Below, piece by piece: positions 44,994-55,518 of a stretch of 64,000 bases of DNA. Under the pieces are notes generated by a model that worked only from the letters and a program-made list of their open reading frames with translations, searched no databases and was not told the DNA's origin. Location: the NCBI GenBank assembly GCA_963704725.1, contig OY969934.1, forward strand, positions 1,889,040 through 1,953,039. The letters are read 5' to 3'. Source of the DNA: an uncultured Actinomycetes bacterium. Its GTDB lineage: Bacteria > Actinomycetota > UBA4738 > HRBIN12. A program made the translations under genes and the position numbers. Within the stretch, counting starts at the first letter, position 1; each line of letters opens with the position of its first letter.

Positions 44994-46934
44994 ATGAGCG
45001 GGATGGTCCCTGAGGACGTGTACGAGCTCACCGGCGTGAGCGACCCACGGGTCTCTCCCGACGGCACGACGGTCGCCTACGTCGTGTGGTCGATCGACCG
45101 GGAGGGGTCCGCATACCGGAGCTCGGTGTGGCTCGCGCCGGCCGACGGCTCGACTCCTCCTCGCCAGTTCACGTCGGGGGCCAAGCGCGACGCCGCCCCG
45201 CGCTGGTCGCCGGACGGCGGACGGCTCGCGTTCGTCTCGGACCGCGAGGACGACCATGCCCAGCTCTTCGTCATGCCGGTGGCCGGCGGGGAGCCGCGGC
45301 GCCTCACCGAGCTCAAGGAGGACGTCTCGGATCCGGCCTGGTCCCCGGACGGGAGCAGGATCGCGTTCGCGACGCGGGTACCGGACCCCGCGTACGAGGA
45401 GCAGGACGCGAAGAAGCGCGCCCCCCGCCGGTTCACACGGCTGCAGTTCAAGCTGGACACCGTGGGCTGGACCGGCGACCGGCGCCAGCACCTGTTCACG
45501 GTGGCCGCCGACGGCAGCTCCGAGCCCGTGCAGCTCACCGACGGGGACTTCGAGGACGCCGATCCGAGCTGGTCGCCGGACGGGAGCAGGATCGCGTTCA
45601 CGTCGGCTCGGGACGACGACTGGGATCGCAGCCCCGTCCGCGACGTCTACGTCACGACGCTGACCGGGGAGCTCGAGAAGCTCACGGCGAGCGACGGTGG
45701 CGCGGAGCACCCCTCGTGGTCGCCGGACGGCACGCGCATCGCCTACCTGTACGCCCCGAGCGTCTTCGACGACCCACGCCACACCCAGGTGGCGGTCCTG
45801 GACCTGGCGAGCCGAGAGCGGCGGGTCCTGACCGCGTCCCTCGATCGCAACTGCGCGCCCTACCCGACCCTCCGGGAGCCGATCTGGGACGGCGACGAAC
45901 TGCTGTTCTGTGCCGAGGATCACGGCAACACGCCCATGTACCGCGTGCCGGCGGACGGATCGCGCGAGCCCGAGCCGATCGTCGTCGGCGACCACAACCT
46001 CGCCGGGTACGACGCCGCGGCCGGGGTGATCGCCACGGCGCCGACGACGCCGACCGCGCTCCCCGAGGTCGTCGTGGAGGGCCGACCTCTGACGCAGGTC
46101 GGTGCCGCGTTCGCCGCCGGGCGTGACCTGGCGAGCCCGGAGCGGTTCACGGCGACCTCGGCCGACGGGTCGGAGGTCGAGGCGTGGATCATGCGGCCGG
46201 CCGGCGCGCCTCCGGGCGAGCGCTTGCCGACGCTGCTCAACGTGCACGGCGGTCCGTTCTCACAGTACGGGAACCGGTTCTTCGACGAGTTCCAGGTCCA
46301 GGCCGGGGCGGGGTACGCCGTGGTGTACGCGAACCCGCGAGGGTCGGCCGGGTACTCGGAGGCATGGGGTCGGGCGATCCGCGGCACGCTCGCCGGCGGC
46401 GCGGGATGGGGGAGCGTCGACTTCGAGGATCTGATGGCGGTGGTGGACGAGGCCATCCGGCGGTTCGACTTCGTCGACCCCGAGCGCATCGGCGTGCTCG
46501 GAGGGTCCTACGGCGGGTTCATGACCTCGTGGATCGTGGGGCATACGGATCGGTTCCGCGCCGCCTGCTCCGAGCGGGCGGTCAACAACTTCCTGCTCGA
46601 GGGAGGCTCGGCGGACATCGGCTGGTGGTTCAAGGGGGAGGTGGGGGCGCACTGGTTCGAGGCGCCCGACGTCTACCTGCAGATGTCGCCCTCGACGTAC
46701 GCGCCGAACATCGCCACGCCGCTGCTGATCCTGCATTCGGAGAACGACCTACGCTGCCCGGTCGGCCACGCCGAGGACCTGTTCACGATCCTGCGGCTCC
46801 TGGGCAGGGAGGTGGAGCTCGTCCGCTTCCCCGAGGAGAGCCACGAGCTCTCGCGCTCGGGCTCACCGGTCCATCGTGTGCAGCGCTTCGAGATCATCCT
46901 GGACTGGTTCGATCGCCACCTGAAGAAAGACTGA
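44994..46934 (+). CDS. S9 family serine peptidase (acylaminoacyl-peptidase-like), paralog of 10230..12213
   Basis: Propeller repeats (PRWSPDGGRLAFVSD, PAWSPDGSRIAFATR, PSWSPDGSRIAFTSA, PSWSPDGTRIAYLY). Catalytic domain GVLGGSYGGFMTSW ... D ... H. Confidence 0.85.
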   Translation: MSGMVPEDVYELTGVSDPRVSPDGTTVAYVVWSIDREGSAYRSSVWLAPADGSTPPRQFTSGAKRDAAPRWSPDGGRLAFVSDREDDHAQLFVMPVAGGEPRRLTELKEDVSDPAWSPDGSRIAFATRVPDPAYEEQDAKKRAPRRFTRLQFKLDTVGWTGDRRQHLFTVAADGSSEPVQLTDGDFEDADPSWSPDGSRIAFTSARDDDWDRSPVRDVYVTTLTGELEKLTASDGGAEHPSWSPDGTRIAYLYAPSVFDDPRHTQVAVLDLASRERRVLTASLDRNCAPYPTLREPIWDGDELLFCAEDHGNTPMYRVPADGSREPEPIVVGDHNLAGYDAAAGVIATAPTTPTALPEVVVEGRPLTQVGAAFAAGRDLASPERFTATSADGSEVEAWIMRPAGAPPGERLPTLLNVHGGPFSQYGNRFFDEFQVQAGAGYAVVYANPRGSAGYSEAWGRAIRGTLAGGAGWGSVDFEDLMAVVDEAIRRFDFVDPERIGVLGGSYGGFMTSWIVGHTDRFRAACSERAVNNFLLEGGSADIGWWFKGEVGAHWFEAPDVYLQMSPSTYAPNIATPLLILHSENDLRCPVGHAEDLFTILRLLGREVELVRFPEESHELSRSGSPVHRVQRFEIILDWFDRHLKKD

Positions 46935-46937
46935 CGC

Positions 46938-48005
46938 TCAGGCGCGATCGACGGCCGCGGCCCGGTCCAGGACGTCCATGATCGCGGCGGCGGCGTCCTC
47001 GACTCCGACCGTCCGGTCCACGATGCCGAGCTCTGCGGCCGCCTTGGGCATCCCGTACACGACGCACGATCGCTCGTCCTGGCCGAGGATGGTGCCGCCG
47101 GCCCGCTTGAGCTCGAGCAGACCCTCGGCGCCGTCGTCGCCCATCCCCGTGAGGATCAGCGCGAGCGCGCGGGTCCCGACGGCGTGGGCGACCGAACGGA
47201 ACAGGTACGTCGCGGACGGCCGATGCCCGCCGATGGGAGGTTCGTTCGACAGCGCGACGCGGCGCAGGCGGGTCACGCCGAGGTGGCGATCGTGCGGGGC
47301 GATCAGGACGCGTCCGGGGACGAGGGGCTCGCCGTCGAGCGCGAGGTGAACCTCGAGACGGGATGCGGTGTTCAGCCACTCGGCGAACCCGCGATCGAAC
47401 CCGGAGGCGATGTGCTGCACGAGCACGATCGGAACGGGCAGGTCCGCGGGGAGGGAGGACAGGATCGTGGCGAGCGCGGCGGGGCCGCCCGTCGAGGCGC
47501 CGATGGCGATGAGGTCGATCCCACCGGAGCCCGGGTGCGGGTGGGTCCCGCCGACGAGCGGTGGGGGGCGCTCGGCGCTCGGGCGGCGAGGACGCCTGGT
47601 GACGACCTTCACGCGCGCCATGCTCTTGAGCGTCCGCAGCACCTCGTCCGCCTGCCGGGCGAACTCCGGAGCGGCCGGGCTGCCCGGCTTGTCCAGGACG
47701 GTGAGGGCGCCCGCCTCCAGGACGGGGAACGTCTCGCGCACCTCGCCGGCGTCGTAGCGAGAGCTGATGAGCACGATCGGCCGCGGGTTCCGCTCCATGA
47801 TCTCCCGCGTCGCCTGGAGGCCGTCCATGACCGGCATGTGGATGTCCATCGTGATGATGTCGGGAAGGACCGAGGCCGCGAGCGCCACCGCCTCGGCGCC
47901 GTCCGTCGCCTCGGCCACGACCTTCACGTCCGGGTCGGAGGCCAGGATCCGGTTCAGCACCTGGCGGGCCACGGGCGAATCGTCGACGACCATGACCCTG
48001 AGCAT
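46938..48005 (-). CDS. cheB: Chemotaxis response regulator protein-glutamate methylesterase
   Basis: N-terminal receiver (VMVVDDSPVARQVL ... DIHMPVMDG). C-terminal methylesterase (IAIGASTGGPAAL ... HIASGF ... LTGMGDDGAEG). Confidence 0.9.
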   Translation of the reverse strand: MLRVMVVDDSPVARQVLNRILASDPDVKVVAEATDGAEAVALAASVLPDIITMDIHMPVMDGLQATREIMERNPRPIVLISSRYDAGEVRETFPVLEAGALTVLDKPGSPAAPEFARQADEVLRTLKSMARVKVVTRRPRRPSAERPPPLVGGTHPHPGSGGIDLIAIGASTGGPAALATILSSLPADLPVPIVLVQHIASGFDRGFAEWLNTASRLEVHLALDGEPLVPGRVLIAPHDRHLGVTRLRRVALSNEPPIGGHRPSATYLFRSVAHAVGTRALALILTGMGDDGAEGLLELKRAGGTILGQDERSCVVYGMPKAAAELGIVDRTVGVEDAAAAIMDVLDRAAAVDRA

Positions 48006-48014
48006 CGGTCCCTC

Positions 48015-50381
48015 TCAGATGAGCTGACGGACGGTCTCGAGCAACCGGTCGCGGGTGAACGAGCTCTTCACGATGTAGGCGTCGGCTCCCGCCTCGACGC
48101 CGCGCTCGTGATCGTCCTCGGAATCGAGCGAGGTGACCAGGATGACGGGGAGCTCCTTGAGGCGCTCGTCGCCCCGGACCATCCGCGTGAGCTCGAAACC
48201 GTCCATCGAGGGCATCTTGATGTCGCTCACGACGAGGTCGCACCCTCCTGCCTTGAGCTGCGTCCATGCCTCGGCGCCGTCGGCCGCCACCCGGACCCGG
48301 TAGCCGGCGGCCTCGAGGATGCTCTTCTCGAGCGTGCGCGTCACGATCGAGTCGTCGACGACCATGACCGTCGCGGGCAGAGCCTGACCCGCCGTCTCGG
48401 CTGCGGTGACGGCGGGCGTTGCCACCTCCGCCCGCTCGGCGGCGGCGATGAGGTCGGGGACGTTGAGCACGAGGACGATCTCGCCCGTCCCTAGCAGCGT
48501 CGCCCCGGCGGCGCCTCGAACGCGCACGAGCGGCCAGGGGAGGTTCTTCACGACCATGTCCTGCGATCCCAGGAGCTCGTCGACGAGGAAGCCGGCCCGC
48601 CGCTCGGCCGAGCCGAGCACCACCGCCGGGTGCCGACCATCCGAGGTCGCGGCGGCCTCCTTGTCGGCGGCCGGGAGGCCGAGCGCGTCGGCGAGGTGCG
48701 TGACGACGACCGTCCCCTCGTTCATCCGCGCCACACGCCGGCCCCGGATCGTGCCGAGCTCCGCGATGTCGAGTCGTTGGATGCGGACGACGTTGGTGAT
48801 CGGCAGGGCGAACGCCCGCCGTCCCACCCGAACGACCAGGCAGTGCGTCGTCGCGACCGTCAGCGGCAGCGTGAGCACGAACCGCGTGCCGGCGCCCGGC
48901 TCCGTCTCGACGTCGATCATCCCGCGGAGCCGCTCCACGGTCTCGCGGACGACGTCCATCCCCACCCCGCGGCCGGAGATCTCGGTCACGACCGAGCTCG
49001 AGGACACGCCCGGCCTGAAGATGAGCCGGATCGCCTCACGGGCCGTGAGCGCCTCCGCCGCCTCCGGCGTGAGAAGGCCGCGCTCGACGGCGGAGGCCTT
49101 GACCCGGTCGACGTCGATCCCGGGGCCGTCGTCGGCGACCTCGAGGACGAGGTTCCCGCCACGCTGGGTGGCTGAGACCTTGACCCACCCCTCGCGCGGC
49201 TTGCCGGCGGCGACCCGGGCATCCGGGGTCTCGATCCCGTGATCCACGGCGTTGCGGATCAGGTGCGACAGCGGCGCCCGGAGCTCCTCGAGGACCGAGC
49301 GGTCGACCTCGGTGGTCGCTCCCTCGATGAACAGCGCGGCGTCCTTGCCGAGCTCGCGGGACAGGTCGCGGACCACGCGGGGGAAGGCGTCGAGGACCCG
49401 GGACACGGGCAGCATCCTGGTGCGCCGGACGGAGTCCTGGAGATCCGAGGTGACGTGGCCCATCCGGCGGCCGTCGGCCTCGTACCCGCGGAGCAGATCC
49501 TCGACCCGCGTGTGCAGCGTGTGGACGCGCTCCTCGTTCTCCTGCAGCAGGGGCTCGAGGAAGGCCATCTCCAGGCGGAGCTTCGCCAGCGAGTCCCCCC
49601 GGATCGCTGCGCCGCTGGCGTCCGCCTGGCGCAGGAGCTTGCGGTACTTGGGGCGCAGCCGTCGCCACTCGGCTTCCCAGTCCGCGAGGTCGCCGGCAAG
49701 GTCCCGGACCTGTCGAAGACGCTGCTCGCCCGCGATGTGACTGATGAGCAGCTCACCGACCTGGGCCATCAGCGCGTCGAGCTTGGCCGTCGAAACGCGC
49801 ACGCTCTCCTCGGTCCCCACCGGCGGCGTGTCCGACTCGGGGCGTGGCTGGGACCCGGCCGCGGCGGGACCCGGCGCAGGGGCGGCGACGGCCTCGCGCC
49901 CCGGCTCGGCCTCGACGTCGAAGGTGGGAGGGAGCTCGGCGTCCGGGGTCGTCGGAGGCCGGTCCGCCGGCGGCTCGGGCTCCAGGGGAGCGCCGAGGGC
50001 CCGGCAGAGGCCCTCCAGGTCGATCTCGGGCAGGGTCCCGACGGCGGCCCCCTTCACGAGCGAGCCGACGGCGTCCAGGGCTCGGTACGCGGCGTCGAAG
50101 CTCTCGGCGTCGGGCTGGAGGGACCCCTCCAGGATCCGGGTGAAGAACCCCTCGAGGGCATGGGAGAGCGTCTTGACGACGTCAAGGCCGACCTGCGCGG
50201 CGGCGCCCTTGAGCGTGTGCATCTCGCGCAGGATCTCGGCGAGCCGATGCTTGCGGTCCTGGTCGCCGGACCTCTCGAGCGCGAGCAGGTGCCGGTTGGT
50301 CGCCTGGAGGCGTTCGCCGGCCTCCGCGACGAAGATCGCCGTCAACTCGCGGAGGAAGTCGTCGCTCACGGGCTGGGACAT
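48015..50381 (-). CDS. cheA: Chemotaxis histidine kinase CheA fused to a C-terminal CheY-like receiver
   Basis: Hpt domain (MHTLKGAAAQVGL), dimerization domain, HATPase (DDGPGID, GRGVGMDVV), CheW-like domain, then receiver (VMVVDDSIVTRTL ... DIKMPSMDG ... VKSSF). Confidence 0.9.
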   Translation of the reverse strand: MSQPVSDDFLRELTAIFVAEAGERLQATNRHLLALERSGDQDRKHRLAEILREMHTLKGAAAQVGLDVVKTLSHALEGFFTRILEGSLQPDAESFDAAYRALDAVGSLVKGAAVGTLPEIDLEGLCRALGAPLEPEPPADRPPTTPDAELPPTFDVEAEPGREAVAAPAPGPAAAGSQPRPESDTPPVGTEESVRVSTAKLDALMAQVGELLISHIAGEQRLRQVRDLAGDLADWEAEWRRLRPKYRKLLRQADASGAAIRGDSLAKLRLEMAFLEPLLQENEERVHTLHTRVEDLLRGYEADGRRMGHVTSDLQDSVRRTRMLPVSRVLDAFPRVVRDLSRELGKDAALFIEGATTEVDRSVLEELRAPLSHLIRNAVDHGIETPDARVAAGKPREGWVKVSATQRGGNLVLEVADDGPGIDVDRVKASAVERGLLTPEAAEALTAREAIRLIFRPGVSSSSVVTEISGRGVGMDVVRETVERLRGMIDVETEPGAGTRFVLTLPLTVATTHCLVVRVGRRAFALPITNVVRIQRLDIAELGTIRGRRVARMNEGTVVVTHLADALGLPAADKEAAATSDGRHPAVVLGSAERRAGFLVDELLGSQDMVVKNLPWPLVRVRGAAGATLLGTGEIVLVLNVPDLIAAAERAEVATPAVTAAETAGQALPATVMVVDDSIVTRTLEKSILEAAGYRVRVAADGAEAWTQLKAGGCDLVVSDIKMPSMDGFELTRMVRGDERLKELPVILVTSLDSEDDHERGVEAGADAYIVKSSFTRDRLLETVRQLI

Positions 50382-50395
50382 CCCGAGCTCCTCCG

Positions 50396-51925
50396 TCAGT
50401 AGGTCGCCGTGATCTCCTCGAGGTGACCGGCGAGCTGGTTCAGGCTCTCGGCCGCCGCCTGCGACTGCTGCGCGCCGGAGACGAACTGGCCGGTCATCCC
50501 GCTCACGTCCTGCATGGCCTGGGAGATCTGATCCATCCCCACGCGCTGCTCGTGCGCGGCGGCGGCGATCTGCGCGGCGGCCTGCGCCGTCTCGCGAACG
50601 GTGTCACCGAGGGTGCGGATCACCTCGCCGGCCTTGCCGGTCAGCTCGACCCCGTTCTCGACCACCCTCGTGCCCTGTTCCGTCGCCGCGACCGCGGCGT
50701 TCGTGCCCTTCTGGATCTCGTTGAGGATGGTCTGCACCTGTGCGGTGGCCTGCTTCGACTGGTCGGCGAGGTTCTTGACCTCCGTCGCCACCACGGCGAA
50801 CCCCTTGCCCTGCTCGCCGGCCTTGGCGGCCTCGATCGTGGCGTTCAGGGCGAGCATGTTGGACTGGTCGGCGAGATCGTTCACCGTCGCCGTGATCTCG
50901 CTGATCTGCCCAGTCTGTTCCGACAGGGCCAGGATGTCCTCGGCGATCGCCTCGACCTTCTCGCGGATCTCGTGCATACCGGCCACGATCTCCTCGACCA
51001 CCTTGATTCCGTCGTCGGAGACCTGCACGGACGTCTGGGCCTGCCGCGCGACGTCCTGTGCTCGCTGCGCGGCCTGCTCGGCCGTGGCCCGTACCTCGTC
51101 GACGGTCGTCGTCGTCTCGCTGAGCGCCGCCGACTGCTCCGAGGCGCTGGCCGTGTGCTGGCTGACCGCGGCCAGGATCTGGCCGGTGGCCGCGCCGATG
51201 CTCTGCGCCCCGTCCTTGACCTTGTCCGTCAGCCGGCCGACGACCAGCCGTGCCCACAGGACCACCAGGATGCCGAAGGCCAGGAAGACCAGCAGGATCA
51301 CGCCGATCATCATCCGGGCGCCGTGGTAGATGCTGTCGCTTTCGGCGGCCGCGGAGGCGACGCTCCGCTGGAAGTCCTCGATCACCGTGTCGAGGGCTGC
51401 GTCGACGGGGCCGAAGGATGCCGGAAGCTGGTTGCTGGCAAGGACGTTCGCCGACACGCTGTCGCCTCGATCGACGGCGTCCGCGAGCTGCTGATCGATC
51501 CTCAGATACTCCGCCCACAGGTTCTCGTAGGCGCCGAGGTCCTCCGCCAGGGATCCGCCCTGGTCGCGCGCGAGCGCGCGGAGCGCGGTGAGCGAGGAGT
51601 CGATCTCGTCCTCGACCGCGACCCGGGTCTCCGCGAGGTTCTTCCGCTGGGTTTCGCTGAGGAGCAGGGCGCTCTGCAGGGAGAGGTCGAAGACCTGGAA
51701 CGTGGAGCGCGCCAGGATCGTCGTGTTCAGCAACCCGGCCGCGGCGACGTTCTCGATCCTGTCGGTGCTCTGCTTCAGCCTGCCGGCCTGCGAGATGCCC
51801 ACCAGCCCTACGCCGAGCATCAGGATCAGCATGATGGCGAAGCCACCGATGAGCTTGTTCCGCATCGTGACCTTCATCGTCCGCACCCCCAGTTGTGGCC
51901 TTCGCATCTCTCGTCCACTCCTCAA
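50396..51925 (-). CDS. mcp: Methyl-accepting chemotaxis protein
   Basis: Two TM helices bracketing a periplasmic sensor of about 150 aa. HAMP. Signalling domain with the highly conserved [35 protein letters not shown]. Confidence 0.9.
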   Translation of the reverse strand: MRSGREMRRPQLGVRTMKVTMRNKLIGGFAIMLILMLGVGLVGISQAGRLKQSTDRIENVAAAGLLNTTILARSTFQVFDLSLQSALLLSETQRKNLAETRVAVEDEIDSSLTALRALARDQGGSLAEDLGAYENLWAEYLRIDQQLADAVDRGDSVSANVLASNQLPASFGPVDAALDTVIEDFQRSVASAAAESDSIYHGARMMIGVILLVFLAFGILVVLWARLVVGRLTDKVKDGAQSIGAATGQILAAVSQHTASASEQSAALSETTTTVDEVRATAEQAAQRAQDVARQAQTSVQVSDDGIKVVEEIVAGMHEIREKVEAIAEDILALSEQTGQISEITATVNDLADQSNMLALNATIEAAKAGEQGKGFAVVATEVKNLADQSKQATAQVQTILNEIQKGTNAAVAATEQGTRVVENGVELTGKAGEVIRTLGDTVRETAQAAAQIAAAAHEQRVGMDQISQAMQDVSGMTGQFVSGAQQSQAAAESLNQLAGHLEEITATY

Positions 51926-52460
51926 CGCGTCTCGTCTTGCACGATCAGGCTCGGATCCGCGAGCAGGGCACCCACGTCGAGCACCGACAGCAGGTCGGCG
52001 GTGACGCCGCGGATGATCTCGGCCCCCCCGCGACTCCGCTCGGTCATCGACGTGTCGAGCTCCCCCAGCGCCACCCGGGCGATCTCGGCGGCGTCGTCCA
52101 CGAGCAGGGCGACGACGTGGCCCTGGTCGCCGACGACGACCAGGTGGGCGGCGGCGGGCGGGCTGCCGTCGATCCCCAGGCGGGCCCGCAGATCGAGGAC
52201 CGGCACCACGGTGCCCCGCAGGTTGACGAGGCCGGCCCAGGCGACCGGCGTTCCGGGCACGGCGACGAGCTCGAAGAGCGGGCGGATCTCCTCGACGTTC
52301 GCGACGTCGATCCCGTAGCGCTCGTTGCCGACCGTGACGACGACGAGCGGTCGGGATTCCACGACCTCATCGGGCGTGGGCGGCGTGGCGAGCGCACGAG
52401 CCCGCTGCTCGAGGACGAGCCGCAGCGAGGCGGCCCCGGGGTCGTGGAGGGGAGCGCTCA
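51922..52460 (-). CDS. cheW: Chemotaxis coupling protein CheW
   Basis: 179 aa from ATG 52458-52460 ([21 protein letters not shown] ... [16 protein letters not shown]). The ORF-track 256-aa entry over-extends the N-terminus. Confidence 0.85.
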
Positions 52461-52463
52461 TCG

Positions 52464-53882
52464 TCACCCCGCCACCGACGGCGCCAGCTGCCGATGCAGA
52501 TCGACGAGCTCGCGGAGCCGGCCCACGGTCAGCCCGTCGCCCTCGGCGATGGGGTCGTCGAGGGGGCGACCCTCGAGCAGCTCGAGCACGTTGTCGAGGC
52601 TCTTGTCGGCCCTGGCCGTCTCCCCGCGGCTGCGGAGCAACGTGGCGAGGGTGAAGTGGCCGAGGACGAACCGGCGATCGGCGTACACGCACCGCCGGAG
52701 CGCTCCCAGCGCGGAGTCGGTCATCCCGCGCTCCTGGAGGATGAGCGCGTAGAGGTGATGGGCGGGCGCGAACAGCGGGTCCTGCGCGACGGCGACCGAG
52801 ATCCAGTGCTCGGCCGCGTCGAGCTCGAGCCGGCTGGCGCAGGCCTTCGCCGTTCGGTAGGCGGCGATCGCATCCCGGGCAACGGGGACGCTCCGAGGGC
52901 GTTCGGGCTCAGGCCGGGGCGAAGGGCGGGACGCGCTCCACGTGAGCGGTGCGGGCTTTGCCGCGTCCGGGACCGACGGCTGAGACGTGCGAGGGGCGGG
53001 AGCCGGAGCGGGGGCGGGGGTCACGTCCCGGCGCCGGTACGCGATCGTGTCGGGGAACGGCACGACGTCGAACCATGGGTCCGCGATCGTCCGCGAGGGC
53101 TCCGCGTGTCCGACCAGCAGCCATCCGTCCCGGGTGAGGGAGCGGTGCAGGCGCTCAGCGACCATCGCGTTGGTCTCGTTGCGGAAGTAGATCAGGACGT
53201 TCCGGCAGAAGATGAGATCCATCTCGACGGTGTTGGTGATCAGGGAGGGGTACACGTCCTGCACGAGGTTCAGGTACCGGAACGTGACCATGGCGCGGAT
53301 CTCCGGATCGAGCTCGCGGTCGGCCCCCGCGTGCCGGAAGTAGGCGTGCTCGAACTCCGGGGGGACCTCGCGGAACGACCATCGTCCGTACACGCCTCGG
53401 CGGGCCTTCTCCATGGCCCGCGGGTTGATGTCGGTCGCCAGGATCGTGACGTCCCATGACCTCCGCTTGGGCAGGAGCCGGTCGATCAGCATCGCGATGG
53501 AGTAGGGCTCCTCGCCGCTGGCACACCCGGCGCTCCACACGCGGAGCCTTCGCTGGGCGCTCCGGGCCTCGATCAGCGCCGGCAGGATCGTCGCCCGCAG
53601 CGCCTCGAACTGAGGGGCGTTGCGGAAGAAGTGGGTCTCGCCGATCGTGAGCGAGGCGAGGAAGGACTCGAGCGGAGCGCGCCCCGCGACGGGGTCGGCC
53701 AGCAGGCGAAGGAGCTCCCGATCGGTGGACGAGCCCGTGTCGAGGAGCGCCTGCGCGACGGCGCGCTCGAGGTTCGGTCGGTGGATGTCGCCCAGCTCGA
53801 GCCCGCTCTTCTCGGCCACCAGATCGCGGAACCGGGTGAAGGTCCCCGCGGCGAGCGCGAGATCAGCCATCGGCCCGGTCAC
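52464..53882 (-). CDS. cheR: Chemotaxis protein methyltransferase CheR with C-terminal TPR-like extension
   Basis: CheR N-terminus and SAM-MTase core (VWSAGCASGEEPYSIAML ... ILATDINPRAMEKAR ... FCRNVLIYF). Pro-rich linker and helical repeat tail. Confidence 0.85.
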   Translation of the reverse strand: MTGPMADLALAAGTFTRFRDLVAEKSGLELGDIHRPNLERAVAQALLDTGSSTDRELLRLLADPVAGRAPLESFLASLTIGETHFFRNAPQFEALRATILPALIEARSAQRRLRVWSAGCASGEEPYSIAMLIDRLLPKRRSWDVTILATDINPRAMEKARRGVYGRWSFREVPPEFEHAYFRHAGADRELDPEIRAMVTFRYLNLVQDVYPSLITNTVEMDLIFCRNVLIYFRNETNAMVAERLHRSLTRDGWLLVGHAEPSRTIADPWFDVVPFPDTIAYRRRDVTPAPAPAPAPRTSQPSVPDAAKPAPLTWSASRPSPRPEPERPRSVPVARDAIAAYRTAKACASRLELDAAEHWISVAVAQDPLFAPAHHLYALILQERGMTDSALGALRRCVYADRRFVLGHFTLATLLRSRGETARADKSLDNVLELLEGRPLDDPIAEGDGLTVGRLRELVDLHRQLAPSVAG

Positions 53883-54360
53883 CGTTCGGGATCGTGACGT
53901 CGTCTAGCACGGCGCAGACGGCGGCGAGGTCCAGGATCAGGATCAGCCGGCCGTCCGCTCGCGCCACGGCGTCGATCTCGACCGTCGTCCGGCCGAGCGA
54001 CTCCGGGCCGTGGAGGTCTCCCGCAGGGACGCCGAGCATCCCGACGACCTCGTCCGCGATGAGCCCGACCACGCGGTCGCCGTCGCGGGCCACCAGGATC
54101 GGCGTGCGCAGGTCTGGGGTGAGCGCAGGCACGCCGAGGCGGATGCGGAGGTCGAGGACGGGGATCACTCGTCCGCGCAGATCGATCACGCCGGCGACCG
54201 GATCGGACGTACCCGGGAGAGGGGTGACCGCGACCATCCGGAGCACCTCGGCGATCCGATCGAGGGGGAGGGCGTACTCCGACTCACCAAGGGTGAAGAC
54301 TACGAAGGTCGTCGACCGCGCCTGCGGCGACAGGTTCGCGACCCCCGGTTTGAGCCCCAT
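53863..54360 (-). CDS. cheW: Second CheW-like coupling protein
   Basis: 165 aa (FVVFTLGESEYALPLDRIAEVLRMV ... GVIDLRGRVIPVLDLR). Confidence 0.8.
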   Translation of the reverse strand: MGLKPGVANLSPQARSTTFVVFTLGESEYALPLDRIAEVLRMVAVTPLPGTSDPVAGVIDLRGRVIPVLDLRIRLGVPALTPDLRTPILVARDGDRVVGLIADEVVGMLGVPAGDLHGPESLGRTTVEIDAVARADGRLILILDLAAVCAVLDDVTIPNGDRADG

Positions 54361-54458
54361 AGGACACCCCGCTAGCTGCTTTCATCTACCTATCGGAGGT
54401 GGGGCAGTCCGTCTAAAGGCGTACATCGAACGGACCGAGTACCTAGGGGAAGGTTTCC

Positions 54459-55484
54459 ATGCCAGACACGGAGAACCCCTTGAGGGGCGAGCCATTCGTA
54501 GGGTCGGAGACGGCCCCAGGCGACTCTGCGCTTCGGCTCGAGGGCGCGCGCGGGCGCGCGGAGAGCCTGCTCGTCGTCGACGACTCGCCGACGATCGCCC
54601 GCCTGCTCCAGATGGCGCTCGGCCAGGCCGGGTACGACGTCCGTGTCGCCGGCACGGGCCAGGAAGCGCTCGACGCCGTCGAGGAACGGTGCCCCGACCT
54701 GATCCTGGCGGACGTGATGATGCCGGAGATGGACGGGCTCGAGCTGACACGTCGCCTTCGGCAGGACTCTCGCACCGCGAACGTGACGATCATCATGATC
54801 ACGGCCCGGGGCATGTCGGCGGATCGGCTCGGCGGGTTGGCGGCCGGAGCCGACGACTACATCTGCAAGCCGTTCGACCTCCCCGAGGTGTTGGCGAGGG
54901 TCGGCGGGGCCCTGCGCAGGTCCAAGGAGCTGAAGGCCCAGTCCCCCCTCACGCAGCTCCCCGGCAACGTCCGCATCGAGGAGGAGATCGACGCCCGCAT
55001 CCGGGCCGGTGTGGAGTTCGCTCTGCTCTATGCCGACCTCGACAACTTCAAGGCCTACAACGACCACTACGGGTTCGCCCGGGGGGACGACCTCCTCAAG
55101 CTCACGGCTCGCTTGATCCAGGACGTGGCCATCGAGGCGGTCGATCCCGATGCGTTCGTTGGGCACGTGGGTGGCGACGACTTCGTCATCCTGACGCGGC
55201 CGGAGCTCGCGCCGAAGCTTGCCGAGGAGATCATCGGGGCGTTCGACGAGCGGGCGGCGAGCCTGTACGACCCCGAGGACGCGGCGCGAGGGTACATCCA
55301 GCAGGAGGACCGGCAGGGCCGCCTGCAACGCTTCCCGATGGTCTCGATCTCGATCGGCGTGGCCACGACGGAGCTGCGCCGGTTCACGCACTACGCGGAG
55401 GCCGTCGCCATCGCGAGCGAGATGAAGTCCTACACGAAGCGGTCGTTCGGCTCCTCGTGGGCGATCGACCAGCGGATCTCCTGA
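54459..55484 (+). CDS. Response regulator with receiver domain and GGDEF-type domain carrying a non-canonical GGDDF motif
   Basis: Receiver (LLVVDDSPTIARLL ... DVMMPEMDG ... KPF). GGDEF-like domain (ALLYADLDNFKAYNDHYGFARGDDLL ... HVGGDDFVIL). Confidence 0.75.
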   Translation: MPDTENPLRGEPFVGSETAPGDSALRLEGARGRAESLLVVDDSPTIARLLQMALGQAGYDVRVAGTGQEALDAVEERCPDLILADVMMPEMDGLELTRRLRQDSRTANVTIIMITARGMSADRLGGLAAGADDYICKPFDLPEVLARVGGALRRSKELKAQSPLTQLPGNVRIEEEIDARIRAGVEFALLYADLDNFKAYNDHYGFARGDDLLKLTARLIQDVAIEAVDPDAFVGHVGGDDFVILTRPELAPKLAEEIIGAFDERAASLYDPEDAARGYIQQEDRQGRLQRFPMVSISIGVATTELRRFTHYAEAVAIASEMKSYTKRSFGSSWAIDQRIS

Positions 55485-55518
55485 GGCGCTCCGCCGGCGT
55501 CGGCTAGCATCCCCCGGC

